Of a stretch of DNA of 64,000 bases, positions 1 to 9,274 are shown piece after piece. Position numbers and translations under genes: made by a program. Origin of the DNA: Geminicoccus sp. (GTDB lineage: Bacteria; Pseudomonadota; Alphaproteobacteria; Geminicoccales; Geminicoccaceae); contig DAOLFG010000005.1 of assembly GCA_035326425.1 (NCBI GenBank), positions 29,827 through 93,826 of the forward strand, given 5' to 3'. The notes beneath the pieces are model-generated. The model ran no database searches and was not told the DNA's origin. It saw only the letters and a list, made by a program, of their open reading frames with translations. Every line of letters starts with the position of its first letter. Position 1 is the first letter of the stretch.

Positions 1-1420
1 CTCGGGCGGCTGGCGGATGCGGGCGGCGCTGGCCGCCACCCTGTTCGTCGAGCCCGACTTCCTGCTGCTGGACGAGCCCACGAACCACCTCGACCTCGAG
101 GCCACGATGTGGCTGCAGGAGCATCTGCGAAGCTATCCGCGCACGCTGCTCATCGTCAGCCACGACCGCGACCTGCTCAACGAGGTGCCGCAGCGGATCG
201 TCCATCTCGAGGGACGGAAGCTGACGGTCTATGCCGGCGGCTACGACCAGTTCGAGCGCATCAGGCGCGAGAAGCTGGAGCTCGCCGAGAAGTCGCGCGC
301 CCGCCAGGAGCAGGAGCGGGCGCGCATCCAGGCCTTCGTCGACCGGTTCCGCTACAAGGCCAGCAAGGCCCGCCAGGCGCAGAGCCGGGTGAAGATGCTG
401 GAGCGGATGCAGCCGATCGCCGAGGCCATCGTCGAGCCCGAGATCGTGTTCTCCTTCCCAGCCGGCAGCGTGCCGGCGCCGCCGCTGGTGGCGATGGACC
501 GGGTCCGCGCCGGCTATGGCGGCCGCATCGTGCTCGACCGGCTGTCCTTGCGCATCGACCCGGACGACCGCATCGCGCTGCTGGGCGCCAACGGTAACGG
601 CAAGTCGACCTTCGCCAAGCTGATCGCCGGCCGGCTGCCGCCGATGTCGGGCGAGATGTCGCGCGCCCGCGCCCTCGAGGTCGCCTTCTTCGCTCAGCAC
701 CAGATCGAGGACCTCGATCCGGCGGCCAGCGGCATCGAGCATCTCCGCCGCCTGCTGCCACAGGAGCGCGAGGAGCAGCTGCGCGCTCGGCTCGCCCGTT
801 TCGGCCTCGTCCAGCACAAGGGCGAGACGCCGGCGGCCCAGCTCTCGGGCGGCGAGAAGGCGAGGCTGTGCTTCGCGCTGATGTGCGTGAAGGCGCCGCA
901 CGTGCTGATCCTCGACGAGCCGACCAACCACCTGGACATCGATTCCCGCCAGGCCCTGGTCGAGGCGGTGAACGAGTTCCCGGGTGCGGTGATCATCGTC
1001 AGCCACGACCGCCACCTCGTCGAGCTGACGGCGGACCGGCTGTGGCTGGTGGCGGGCGGCAGGGTGACGCCCTGGGAAGGCGATCTCGACGACTACCGCC
1101 GCTGGCTGCTCGGACTCGGCGCCGCCGAGAGGGAGGCGCCCGCGCCGACGCCCGAGCGATCACGCACGAGCCCGGCCGAGCGGCGGGCGAAGCTGGTGCC
1201 GCTGCGCTCGGCAGCACGCGCCGCCGAGCGCGAGGTCGAGAAGCTGACCGCCGAGCGGGACCGGCTCGTGGGCAAGCTGGCCGATCCCGCCACCTACGAC
1301 GCCGCCGGCGATGTCGCGGCCCTGCGCCGACGCGAGAAGGAGCTGGACGAGCTGATCGCCGCCGCCGAGGCCCGCTGGCTGGAGGCCGAGGCCGAGATCG
1401 AGGCGGTCGAGGCCGGCTGA
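1..1420 (+). CDS. ABC-F family ATPase; 5' end lies outside the window
   Basis: The frame of ORF 17..1420 stays open to the window edge. Two Walker B/D-loop regions (LLLDEPTNHLD and LILDEPTNHLD), a second Walker A GANGNGKST, signature LSGGEKARL and a charged coiled-coil tail. No TM segments. Confidence 0.9.
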   Translation, partial: SGGWRMRAALAATLFVEPDFLLLDEPTNHLDLEATMWLQEHLRSYPRTLLIVSHDRDLLNEVPQRIVHLEGRKLTVYAGGYDQFERIRREKLELAEKSRARQEQERARIQAFVDRFRYKASKARQAQSRVKMLERMQPIAEAIVEPEIVFSFPAGSVPAPPLVAMDRVRAGYGGRIVLDRLSLRIDPDDRIALLGANGNGKSTFAKLIAGRLPPMSGEMSRARALEVAFFAQHQIEDLDPAASGIEHLRRLLPQEREEQLRARLARFGLVQHKGETPAAQLSGGEKARLCFALMCVKAPHVLILDEPTNHLDIDSRQALVEAVNEFPGAVIIVSHDRHLVELTADRLWLVAGGRVTPWEGDLDDYRRWLLGLGAAEREAPAPTPERSRTSPAERRAKLVPLRSAARAAEREVEKLTAERDRLVGKLADPATYDAAGDVAALRRREKELDELIAAAEARWLEAEAEIEAVEAG

Positions 1421-1458
1421 GGCTGATTTGAGGCGCCGGTCGTGCTAGATTCCGGCCC

Positions 1459-2025
1459 ATGGCCGAGCCCGCCCTGTCCCCCCGCATGACCGTCGCCGAG
1501 TTCTATGATTGGCACGACGGCAGCGACACCCGGCACGAGCTCGTTCGGGGTGTGCCCGTCGCGATGGCTCCGCCCAGCGGGCGGCATGCCGTCATCGTCA
1601 GCAACATCCAAGGCTCGCTCCAGCGGCAGATCCCGCTGCCGTGCCGAGTCCTTCCTGGCGGCGGCGTGGCGCACGGCGAGGCCGGCGACGAATGCCGGGT
1701 ACCCGATATCTTCGTCTCCTGCGAGCCAACGCCGCCTCGCTACTTCACGAGCCCCCGCCTGATCGTCGAGGTGCTCTCGCCCTCGACCGAGAAGGAGGAC
1801 CGCACCGACAAGCTCGACTTCTACCAGTCGTTCGCGAGTGTCGAGGCGATCCTCTTCGTCTGGCAGGACAAGCGTCGGGTGCAGCTACACGTCCGCGACG
1901 GCGTCCTCTGGCTGACCCGGGACTTCATCGGCACCGGCACCGTTCGCCTCGCCGTCCTCGACCTCGCGATGTCGCTCGAGGAGATCTACGCAGGGCTCGA
2001 CCTGCCGATGGAGCCTGCCGCCTGA
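1459..2025 (+). CDS. Uma2 (DUF820) family endonuclease-like protein
   Basis: 188-aa ORF. N-terminal MTVAEFYDW...HELVRGV and later PDIFV...EVLSPST..D motifs are typical of the Uma2 restriction-endonuclease-fold family. Confidence 0.75.
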   Translation: MAEPALSPRMTVAEFYDWHDGSDTRHELVRGVPVAMAPPSGRHAVIVSNIQGSLQRQIPLPCRVLPGGGVAHGEAGDECRVPDIFVSCEPTPPRYFTSPRLIVEVLSPSTEKEDRTDKLDFYQSFASVEAILFVWQDKRRVQLHVRDGVLWLTRDFIGTGTVRLAVLDLAMSLEEIYAGLDLPMEPAA

Positions 2026-2330
2026 TGCTCTGCGCGGCCGCGGCCCTAGTATTCCTGGCGACTCCGGCCCTTGCACAGGACAAGGTGCTGGTCGAGCGCG
2101 GCCGTGCCCTGCTGGAGCGCAACTGCTCGTCCTGCCACGCCATCGGCGAGGACGGCGCCAGTCCGCTTCCGGCGGCCACTGCCTTTCGCGACATCAAGCA
2201 GAAATATCCGGTCGAGGCTCTGGCGGAGCCATTAGCGGAGGGCATCGAGACCGGCCATCCGCAGATGCCGACGCGCGCCTTCGCGCCCGAGGATGTCGAC
2301 GCGATCCTGGCCTATCTCGAGACCCTCTGA
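2025..2330 (+). CDS. Small soluble c-type cytochrome
   Basis: Internal ATG of ORF 1509..2330, overlapping the upstream stop (TGATG). Signal peptide MLCAAAALVFLATPALA, heme motif CSSCH and a distal Met in GHPQMP. Confidence 0.85.
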   Translation: MLCAAAALVFLATPALAQDKVLVERGRALLERNCSSCHAIGEDGASPLPAATAFRDIKQKYPVEALAEPLAEGIETGHPQMPTRAFAPEDVDAILAYLETL

Positions 2331-2409
2331 TCTCGGCACCCTCTGACCGGCCCACGGAACCGGCGCCTGCGGGGCGGCGTTCGGGCACCCGAGAGGGAAG
2401 AGGACACCG

Positions 2410-2601
2410 ATGAAGCCCGCCGATCCCGAAACCCAGCCGCTGACCCGCAAGGCCATGCACAAGGGGCAAACGGTCCCGCCCGGCCAGCCCGAGCTGAAGG
2501 AAGCGCCGTTGGATGAGCCCTATGGCAAGAAGAGCGGCTCGAAGCCTCCTCGCGTGCCCGAGGAGAAGTCCAAGGGTGCAACACCTGGGGGTCGCCGGTG
2601 A
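2410..2601 (+). CDS. Hypothetical small hydrophilic Pro/Lys-rich protein
   Basis: 63-aa ORF preceded by the purine-rich gggaagagga. No recognisable domain. Confidence 0.3.
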   Translation: MKPADPETQPLTRKAMHKGQTVPPGQPELKEAPLDEPYGKKSGSKPPRVPEEKSKGATPGGRR

Positions 2602-2683
2602 ATTTGCACGCTATGGGTTGTTGACATCGCCACGCTGCCGTGCAGCATGATCCGAGGCAACAACTAGGAAAGGAGGTGATCCG

Positions 2684-2752
2684 ATGTCGAGCGCCCTGGT
2701 GCGTGGTTCGGGTTTCGCGACGATGTCGATCACGTCCCGTCGCGAGGCCTGA
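2684..2752 (+). CDS. Candidate 22-codon micro-ORF (MSSALVRGSGFATMSITSRREA) behind an extreme Shine-Dalgarno
   Basis: AGGAGGTGATC at about 2671-2681 is a perfect 11-nt complement of the 16S 3' tail, 2 nt upstream of the ATG. The ORF is below the track's size cut-off. Coordinates +/-1. Confidence 0.25.
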   Translation: MSSALVRGSGFATMSITSRREA

Positions 2753-2806
2753 CCAAGCGGACAACGCTTTCTCAGGCGAACCGCGAAGCACCAACGCTTC
2801 GTTACG

Positions 2807-2840
2807 GAGGCCGTCCCGAGAGGGGCGGCCTCTTCGTTTG
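2807..2840 (+). terminator. Rho-independent terminator
   Basis: 11-bp GC-rich stem gaggccgtccc/ggggcggcctc (one G-U pair), GAGA loop, then TTCGTTTG. It lies just beyond the stop of the minus-strand gene 2844..3236, so it may also act bidirectionally. Confidence 0.6.
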
Positions 2841-2843
2841 TGC

Positions 2844-3236
2844 TCAGCTCGGCGTCTCGTCGGTGCCGACGACGCCGCTGTCGCGACGCCGGATCATGTT
2901 GAACATCGGCCCGGCGGCGAAGACGAGGCCGGCCAGGATCGGCGCCGCCCACTGCCAGAAGTCGACATCGGTCAGGTCGAGCCAGCCCTGCATCGCGCAA
3001 CCGGCGAGGATGGCCACGATGGCCAGGATCATGCCGGTGGTGGCGCCCGGGAACTCGCGCGCCAGGCTCAGCATGTAGAGGACCACGAGGCCGGTCAGCG
3101 CCAGGACGATCAGCACCACGCCCGGCATGTCGTCCCACTCGATCAGCGCCCAGTGCGAAAGCGAGAATATCGGGTTGAAGATGGCGAGGCTGACCAGCAC
3201 CCGCCAAAGCACGCTCCACCAGATGCTGGTTCTCAA
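2844..3236 (-). CDS. Hypothetical integral membrane protein (about 4 TM)
   Basis: 130-aa ORF made of hydrophobic helices (VLWRVLVSLAIF, VVLIVLALTGLVVLYML, MILAIVAILAGCA, APILAGLVFAAGP). No family recognised. Confidence 0.6.
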   Translation of the reverse strand: MRTSIWWSVLWRVLVSLAIFNPIFSLSHWALIEWDDMPGVVLIVLALTGLVVLYMLSLAREFPGATTGMILAIVAILAGCAMQGWLDLTDVDFWQWAAPILAGLVFAAGPMFNMIRRRDSGVVGTDETPS

Positions 3237-3359
3237 CGGACAGCTCCCCGCGGGCCGATGCGCGCCACCTGCACGCCCGTCGGTGAAGCGTCAAGCGCCG
3301 GGGTGCCTTGCGGCGATGCTCCTTGCTTCGCCGGCGGGTTTGAGGCGTATGCCGCCTCC

Positions 3360-3938
3360 ATGCCCAACCTGCTTTCCGCCCCCGGCACCAGGCTCAGCAT
3401 CTGCGGCCTCGAGGAGATCGCGGCACTGCGCGACCATTCGGTCACACATGTGCTGTCGATCCTGGATCCCACCTGGCCGGATCCCGTGGCCTTCGCCGAA
3501 TGGGGCGCCCACGTCCGCCATACGCTGCGCTTCCACGACATCATCGCCGACTATCCGGGCTTCGACGCGCCGGCGCGCGGTCATGTCGAGCAGGTGATCG
3601 CCTTCGGCGATGCCATCGAGGCGGCGGGGGAGCCCGTGGGCCACCTGCTGATCCACTGTCATGCCGGCATCTCGCGCTCGACGGCGTCGATGGCGATCCT
3701 GCTCGCCCGCGAGACACCGGGACAAGAGCAGGCCGTCTTCGAGCGCCTGCGCGAGATCCGGCCGAAAGCCTGGCCCAACTCGCGCATGATCGCCTTCGCC
3801 GACGAGATCCTGGGCTGCGGCGGCAGGCTGGTCGAGGAGCTGCGCCGGCATTACCTGGGTCAGGTGGAACGCCGGCCGGAGCTCGTGGAAATGATCCGCG
3901 GCCTCGGCCGCGGCGCCGAGATCCCCGCCTCCCTCTAG
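3360..3938 (+). CDS. Cys-based protein tyrosine / dual-specificity phosphatase family protein
   Basis: Internal ATG (residue 241) of ORF 2640..3938. Carries the CX5R P-loop HCHAGISRST. The upstream part of the ORF overlaps the opposite-strand membrane gene and looks non-coding. Confidence 0.8.
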   Translation: MPNLLSAPGTRLSICGLEEIAALRDHSVTHVLSILDPTWPDPVAFAEWGAHVRHTLRFHDIIADYPGFDAPARGHVEQVIAFGDAIEAAGEPVGHLLIHCHAGISRSTASMAILLARETPGQEQAVFERLREIRPKAWPNSRMIAFADEILGCGGRLVEELRRHYLGQVERRPELVEMIRGLGRGAEIPASL

Positions 3939-4021
3939 GACCGTCGAGCTTGCAGGCGACCTAGCCTCTGTTATCGTCCGTTCCGGACCGGGAGCCAAAG
4001 CTCGGCCTGGGAGGCTACACG

Positions 4022-5110
4022 ATGTCGTTCAGTCTGATCGATCGCCTCGGGAATCCCCTGAGCCGCCGCCGCGTTCTGCAGGCCAGCGCCGCCAGTGCCG
4101 CGGCTCTCGCCGTGGCTCGGCCGAGCCGGGTGCTCGCCGCCGGGCCGACCGTGGTCAACTCGATCCGCTCGCTGACCAACCCCTACCACGCCACCTGGAA
4201 CGCCGGCGGTGCCGCCTTCGCCAAGGCGATGGGCGTCGAGTACGTGACGCTGGTCACCGAGGGCAACAGCGAGAAGGGCGTGGCCGACATCAAGGCCATG
4301 CTGGCCAAGACCGGCGGCGACATGGTGCTGAACGTCGACCCCAACGACAGCCCGGACGCCCGGCCGATCGTCGAGGCCTGCAAGGCCGCCGGCGCCTATG
4401 TCGTCACGCAGTGGAACAAGCCCAACGACCTGCATCCCTGGGACTTCGACCCGAACTATGTCGCCCACATCTCGTTCAACGGCGTGCCCAACGGCAAGCT
4501 GATGGCCGAGACGCTGTTCAAGGCCATGGGCGGCAAGGGCGGCATCGTGGCACTGGGCGGCATCCTGTCGAACATCCCGGCCATCGAGCGCAAGAAGGGC
4601 CTGGACGAGGCCCTGGCCGCCCATCCCGACGTCAAGCTGCTCGACTTCCAGGTCGCCAACTGGTCGCCGACCGAGGCGCTCGAGAAGGTCAATGCCTGGC
4701 TCACCCAGTACGGCGACCAGATCACCGGCATCTGGGCCGCCAACGACGACATGGCGCTGGGCGCCCTCGAGGCGCTGCGCGCCGACGGCCGCGCCGGCAA
4801 GGTGCCGGTCACCGGCATCGACGGCATCCAGCTCGCCGTCGAGGCGATCATGGCCGGCGAGCTGGCCGGCACGGTGTCCTGGGATCCGTTCTGGCAGGGC
4901 GGCATGGGCCTGTCGCTCGGCTACCACGCCAAGACCGGCAAGTTCGATCCCTCCAAGGAGGGCAAGGAGCACCGCGAGTTCTACGGCCGCGGCGTGCCGG
5001 TGACCTCCGAGAACGCCAAGGCGTTCTACGAGAGCAACATCAAGAGCGAGCCCCAGATCGACTGGAGCGACATCTGGGGCCGCGCCACCGGGCAGATCCA
5101 GTACGGCTGA
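4022..5110 (+). CDS. Sugar ABC transporter periplasmic substrate-binding protein (ribose/LacI-type PBP fold)
   Basis: Tat/Sec-like leader RRRVLQASAASAAALAVA. Periplasmic binding protein type I pattern. First gene of a four-gene ABC operon. Confidence 0.9.
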   Translation: MSFSLIDRLGNPLSRRRVLQASAASAAALAVARPSRVLAAGPTVVNSIRSLTNPYHATWNAGGAAFAKAMGVEYVTLVTEGNSEKGVADIKAMLAKTGGDMVLNVDPNDSPDARPIVEACKAAGAYVVTQWNKPNDLHPWDFDPNYVAHISFNGVPNGKLMAETLFKAMGGKGGIVALGGILSNIPAIERKKGLDEALAAHPDVKLLDFQVANWSPTEALEKVNAWLTQYGDQITGIWAANDDMALGALEALRADGRAGKVPVTGIDGIQLAVEAIMAGELAGTVSWDPFWQGGMGLSLGYHAKTGKFDPSKEGKEHREFYGRGVPVTSENAKAFYESNIKSEPQIDWSDIWGRATGQIQYG

Positions 5111-5131
5111 GTCGCGGGCGGAGCCGTCGCG

Positions 5132-6148
5132 ATGACCGCCGGGGGTGATGCGGCCCCCGCGAGCGTGGAGCATGGCCGTGCCGCCAGGCACGGCCATGCC
5201 GCCCGCTTCCGCCTGGCGCCCTGGGCGCCGCTGCTGGTGCTGTTGGCGCTGTGCGTCATCGTCGCCGCCATCAACCCGAACTTCCTGACCTTCTCCAACT
5301 TCGTGCGCATCACCCAGGCGGCGATGATCCCGCTGGTGCTGGGCCTGGGCGCCACCTTCGTCATCCTGATGGGCTCGATCGACCTGTCGGTCGAGGGCGT
5401 GCTGGCGCTGGCGGCGGTGGTCTTGAGCCTCGTCGTGCTCAACGGCGCCAATGCCAACGATTTCGGCGTGCTCGGCGCCCTGTTCGTGCTGCTGATCGGC
5501 GCCGGGATGGGCTTCCTCAACGGCGTGATCCACGTGAAGATGCGGATCCCGTCCTTCATGGCGACGCTCGGCATGTGGTTCGTCGGCGTCGGCGTCGCCA
5601 ATGCGATCCTGGGCGGGCTCGCCGTGCGCATCAACGAGCCGCTGATCCGCGGCCTCGCCATCGACCGCTTCCTCGGCCTGCCCTGGGGCGTCTGGCTGGC
5701 GCTGGCGGCGCTGGGCGTGGCCTGGGTGATCCAGGAGCACACCAGGCTCGGCCGCTACATGTATGCCCTCGGCGGCGGCGAGGAGCTGGCGGCACTTTCG
5801 GGCATTCCGGCCAACAGGGTACGTATCGCCATCTTCACGATCGCCGGCGTGTTCTACGCGCTCGGCGGCATCCTGGCCGCAGCCCAGCTCGGCCTCGGCA
5901 ACGCCCTGATCGGCCAGGGCCGGCTGTTCACCACCATCACCGCCGTCGTCGTCGGCGGCACGGCGCTCTCCGGCGGCCAGGGCAGCGTGCTGCAGACCCT
6001 GGTCGGCGTGCTGATCGTCGTCGTGCTGGCCAACGGCATGGTGCTGATGGGGGTCAGCCCCTACGTCCAGCAGGCGGTGCAGGGCCTGCTGATCATCGCG
6101 GCGGTGGCGATCTCGATCGACCGCGCCCGCAACCGGATCGTCAAGTGA
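5132..6148 (+). CDS. Sugar ABC transporter permease (RbsC/AraH-like)
   Basis: 338 aa and polytopic. Conserved GGIDLSVE-type motif (MGSIDLSVEG) and a C-terminal ...IDRARNRIVK tail typical of the family. Confidence 0.9.
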   Translation: MTAGGDAAPASVEHGRAARHGHAARFRLAPWAPLLVLLALCVIVAAINPNFLTFSNFVRITQAAMIPLVLGLGATFVILMGSIDLSVEGVLALAAVVLSLVVLNGANANDFGVLGALFVLLIGAGMGFLNGVIHVKMRIPSFMATLGMWFVGVGVANAILGGLAVRINEPLIRGLAIDRFLGLPWGVWLALAALGVAWVIQEHTRLGRYMYALGGGEELAALSGIPANRVRIAIFTIAGVFYALGGILAAAQLGLGNALIGQGRLFTTITAVVVGGTALSGGQGSVLQTLVGVLIVVVLANGMVLMGVSPYVQQAVQGLLIIAAVAISIDRARNRIVK

Positions 6149-7662
6149 CCGTCCCGGCGCTGGCGCTGCGCGCCGTCGACAAGCGCTTTCCGGGCGTGCA
6201 TGCGCTGAAATCGGTGAGCCTGGAGATCCGGCCGCACGAGGTGGTGGGCCTGATCGGCGAGAACGGTGCCGGCAAGTCGACGCTGATGCGTATCCTCGCC
6301 GGCGTCTACCAGCCCGATTCCGGCGAGATCCTGCTCGCGGGCCAACCGGTCACGCTGCGCAGCGCCACCGATGCCATGGACCACGGCATCGGCATGGTGT
6401 TCCAGGAGCAGTCGTTGCTCACCAACCTGACGGTCGGCGAGAACATCTGGCTCGGCAACGAGGGCCGCTTCACCCGATGGGGGCTGGTGCGCTGGTCCGA
6501 GCTCTTTGCCGCCGCCCGCCGCCAGCTCGCCAAGGTCGGCCTCGACGATCTGGATCCCGGCATCCGCGCCGCCGACCTCGACTTCGCCACGCGGCAGATG
6601 GTCGAGCTGGCGAAGGCCTTGACCCTCGAGGACCAGGCGGAGGGTCACCTCGTCATCCTGCTCGACGAGCCGACCTCGGTGCTGGAGCGCGCCGATATCG
6701 ACATCCTCTTCGAGCGCGTTCGGGCGCTCAAGGCGCGCGCCTCGTTCGTCTTCGTATCGCACCGACTCGACGAGGTGCTGGAGCTCAGCGACCGGGTCTA
6801 CGTCATGAAGGACGGCGGCGTGGTCGCCGAGCTGCAGGCGGCGGGGGCCGAGGTCCACGAGCTGCACCGGCTGATGGTCGGCCGCGGTCTGCAGGCCGAG
6901 TACTACCGCGAGCCCCTGCAGAAGCCCTTCCGGGATCAGGTCGTGCTGGAGACGCGCGGGCTCGGCCTCGCGGGGGCCTATCGCGACGTCGACCTCGTGC
7001 TGCACGCCGGCGAGATTTTGGGCATCGCCGGCGTCATCGGCTCGGGGCGCGAGGAGCTGACCCGCACATTGGCCGGCTTCGCCCCGCACGACGCCGGCAC
7101 GCTGGAGATCAACGGCCGGCCGGCACGGCTGGCCTCACCGGCCGACGCCGTCGACCAGGGCATCGGCTACATCCCGCGCGAGCGGCGGACCGAGGGGCTG
7201 GTGCTGTTCCTGCCGGTGGCGGCCAACGTCACGCTGGCGAGCCTGAGCGAGCTTCGCAAGCTCGGGTTGCTCGACACCGCCGCCGAACGCCGCATCGCCA
7301 GGGAATGGGTCGAGCGCCTGCACGTGCGCACGCCCGGCATCGACGCGCTCTGCCTCAACCTCTCGGGCGGCAACCAGCAGAAGGTCGTGCTGGCCAAGTG
7401 GCTGAACGCCCGCTCGAAGATCCTCATTCTCGACCATCCGACGCGCGGCCTCGACGTCGGCGCCAAGGAGGAGGTCTACGAGCTGGTCCGCGCCGTCACC
7501 GCCGAGGGCATGGCGGTGATCCTCACCTCCGACACGCTGGAGGAGACCATCGGCCTCAGCCACACCGTGCTGGTGATGCGCGACGGCGTCATCACCCACC
7601 GCACCGACGCCAGCCCCGGCCGCAAGCCGCAGCAGGTCGAGCTGATCGGGCACATGGTCTAG
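6145..7662 (+). CDS. Sugar ABC transporter ATP-binding protein (duplicated ATPase, RbsA-like)
   Basis: GTG start overlaps the upstream stop (GTGA). First Walker A GENGAGKST, second-half signature LSGGNQQKV and Walker B ILILDHPTRGLDV. Confidence 0.9.
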   Translation: MTVPALALRAVDKRFPGVHALKSVSLEIRPHEVVGLIGENGAGKSTLMRILAGVYQPDSGEILLAGQPVTLRSATDAMDHGIGMVFQEQSLLTNLTVGENIWLGNEGRFTRWGLVRWSELFAAARRQLAKVGLDDLDPGIRAADLDFATRQMVELAKALTLEDQAEGHLVILLDEPTSVLERADIDILFERVRALKARASFVFVSHRLDEVLELSDRVYVMKDGGVVAELQAAGAEVHELHRLMVGRGLQAEYYREPLQKPFRDQVVLETRGLGLAGAYRDVDLVLHAGEILGIAGVIGSGREELTRTLAGFAPHDAGTLEINGRPARLASPADAVDQGIGYIPRERRTEGLVLFLPVAANVTLASLSELRKLGLLDTAAERRIAREWVERLHVRTPGIDALCLNLSGGNQQKVVLAKWLNARSKILILDHPTRGLDVGAKEEVYELVRAVTAEGMAVILTSDTLEETIGLSHTVLVMRDGVITHRTDASPGRKPQQVELIGHMV

Positions 7663-7665
7663 CCG

Positions 7666-8625
7666 ATGGCAGCCTTCGCCGCCCGCATCGACCGCGACCT
7701 CATCCGGCAATGGATGCCGATGATCACGCTGGTGGCCCTGGCGCTGATCGTCGGCACGGTGACGCCGCAGTTCCTGACCGTCGACAGCCTGCTGGTGCTG
7801 GCGGCCGACACTGCCACGCTGTTCATCCTCGCCACCGGCGTCACCTTCGTCATCATGCTGGGCGGCATCGACCTGTCGATCCAGTCGATGGCCTCGCTCT
7901 CCAGCGTGCTGATAGCCCTCTCCGTCTCGCGACTCGGCTATGGCAGCATCCTGCTGGCCGTGGGTGCGGGCGCCCTCTCGGGCTTCCTCGCCGGTGTGGC
8001 GCATGTGAAGCTGCGCATCCCCTCCTTCATCGCCACCCTCGCCGTCGGCGGCGTGCTGGCGGGCACGGCACTCGTCATCTCCGGCGCACGCTCGATCACG
8101 CTGGGCGAGGCCGAGCGCGGCTATCTGGGCTGGGTCAGCGGCTACTCGCTCGGCGTGCCGCACGAGGTCTTCATCGGTATCGTCGTGCTGGTGCTGGCGC
8201 ATATCGTCCAGAGCCGTACCCGCTTCGGCCGCTACAGCGCCGCCATCGGCGCCGGCGAGGCCGCGGCCTACGCCTCGGGCGTCAAGGTCGACCGCACCAA
8301 GATCCTGGCGCTGACCCTCTCGGGCGCGCTGGCCGCCTTCGCCGGCGTCATCCTGGCCGGCCGCCTGTCCTCGGGCTCGCCGACGCTCGCCAACGAACTG
8401 CTGCTGCCCGCCATTGCTGCCGTCGTGGTCGGCGGCACCGCCATCACAGGTGGCATCGGCAGCATCTGGCGAACCGCCATCGGTGCCCTCATCATCTCGG
8501 TGGTGCGGATCGGCATGACCTTCGTCGGCGTCGACATCTTCGCCCAGCAGATCGTCTTCGGCGTGGTGCTGATCCTGGCGGTCGCCATCACCATCGACCG
8601 CAGCAAGATCCCGATCGTCAAGTGA
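7666..8625 (+). CDS. Second sugar ABC transporter permease
   Basis: 319 aa and polytopic, with MLGGIDLSIQS and a C-terminal IDRSKIPIVK. Paralogous to 5132..6148. Confidence 0.9.
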   Translation: MAAFAARIDRDLIRQWMPMITLVALALIVGTVTPQFLTVDSLLVLAADTATLFILATGVTFVIMLGGIDLSIQSMASLSSVLIALSVSRLGYGSILLAVGAGALSGFLAGVAHVKLRIPSFIATLAVGGVLAGTALVISGARSITLGEAERGYLGWVSGYSLGVPHEVFIGIVVLVLAHIVQSRTRFGRYSAAIGAGEAAAYASGVKVDRTKILALTLSGALAAFAGVILAGRLSSGSPTLANELLLPAIAAVVVGGTAITGGIGSIWRTAIGALIISVVRIGMTFVGVDIFAQQIVFGVVLILAVAITIDRSKIPIVK

Positions 8626-8632
8626 GGTTCGG

Positions 8633-9271
8633 ATGTCGCTGACCTTCTATTACGGCTCCGGCTCGCCGCCGGCCTGGCGCGTCTGGCTGGCGCTGGAGCA
8701 CAAGGCCATCGCCTACGAGGCCGTGCGCCTGCACTTCGACCGCGACGAGCACAAGTCGGCCGAGTTCCTGAAGGTCAACCCTCGCGGCAAGGTGCCGGCC
8801 ATCGTCCATGACGGCTTCGCGCTGGCCGAGTCGGGCGCCATCCTCGAATATCTGGAGGAGGCTTGGCCCGATCGGCCGCTGCTGCCCGGGGATGCCAAGG
8901 CCAGGGGCAGGGTACGCCAGCTGGCGCGCGAGGCCGGCGAGTATCTCAACGAGGCCGTCAACGGGCTCACTCGCCTCGCCTTCGGCAAGCCACGCGACGA
9001 CGCAGCCGAGCGCCTTGCCGCCGCCCGCGCCGCCCTGGCGGCGGAGCTGCCGCACTGGGAATCCCATCTCGCCGGCGATTGGCTCTGCGACCAGCTCTCG
9101 CTCGCCGACCTCACCGCCTATCCCTCCATGCGCATCCTGCGCCGCGTCGGAGAGCGGATGCCGCAATACGCCGTCGACGACCTGATCGGCCCGCGCACCG
9201 CCGCCTGGATGGGCCGCATCGCGGCGCTGCCCTACTACGCCAGGACGTTCCCGCCGCACTGGAAGGCCTGA
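8633..9271 (+). CDS. Glutathione S-transferase family protein
   Basis: N-terminal thioredoxin-like GST pattern (YYGSGSPPAWRVWLAL...KVPAI...ESGAILEYL) and a helical C-domain. Confidence 0.9.
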   Translation: MSLTFYYGSGSPPAWRVWLALEHKAIAYEAVRLHFDRDEHKSAEFLKVNPRGKVPAIVHDGFALAESGAILEYLEEAWPDRPLLPGDAKARGRVRQLAREAGEYLNEAVNGLTRLAFGKPRDDAAERLAAARAALAAELPHWESHLAGDWLCDQLSLADLTAYPSMRILRRVGERMPQYAVDDLIGPRTAAWMGRIAALPYYARTFPPHWKA

Positions 9272-9274
9272 ACC

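Noticed and set aside
2640-3359. N-terminal 240 codons of ORF 2640..3938 as part of the phosphatase
   Set aside because: The region overlaps the convincing opposite-strand membrane-protein gene and the terminator at 2807-2840. Its translation is Arg/Asp/His-rich. The phosphatase domain begins cleanly at the ATG at 3360.
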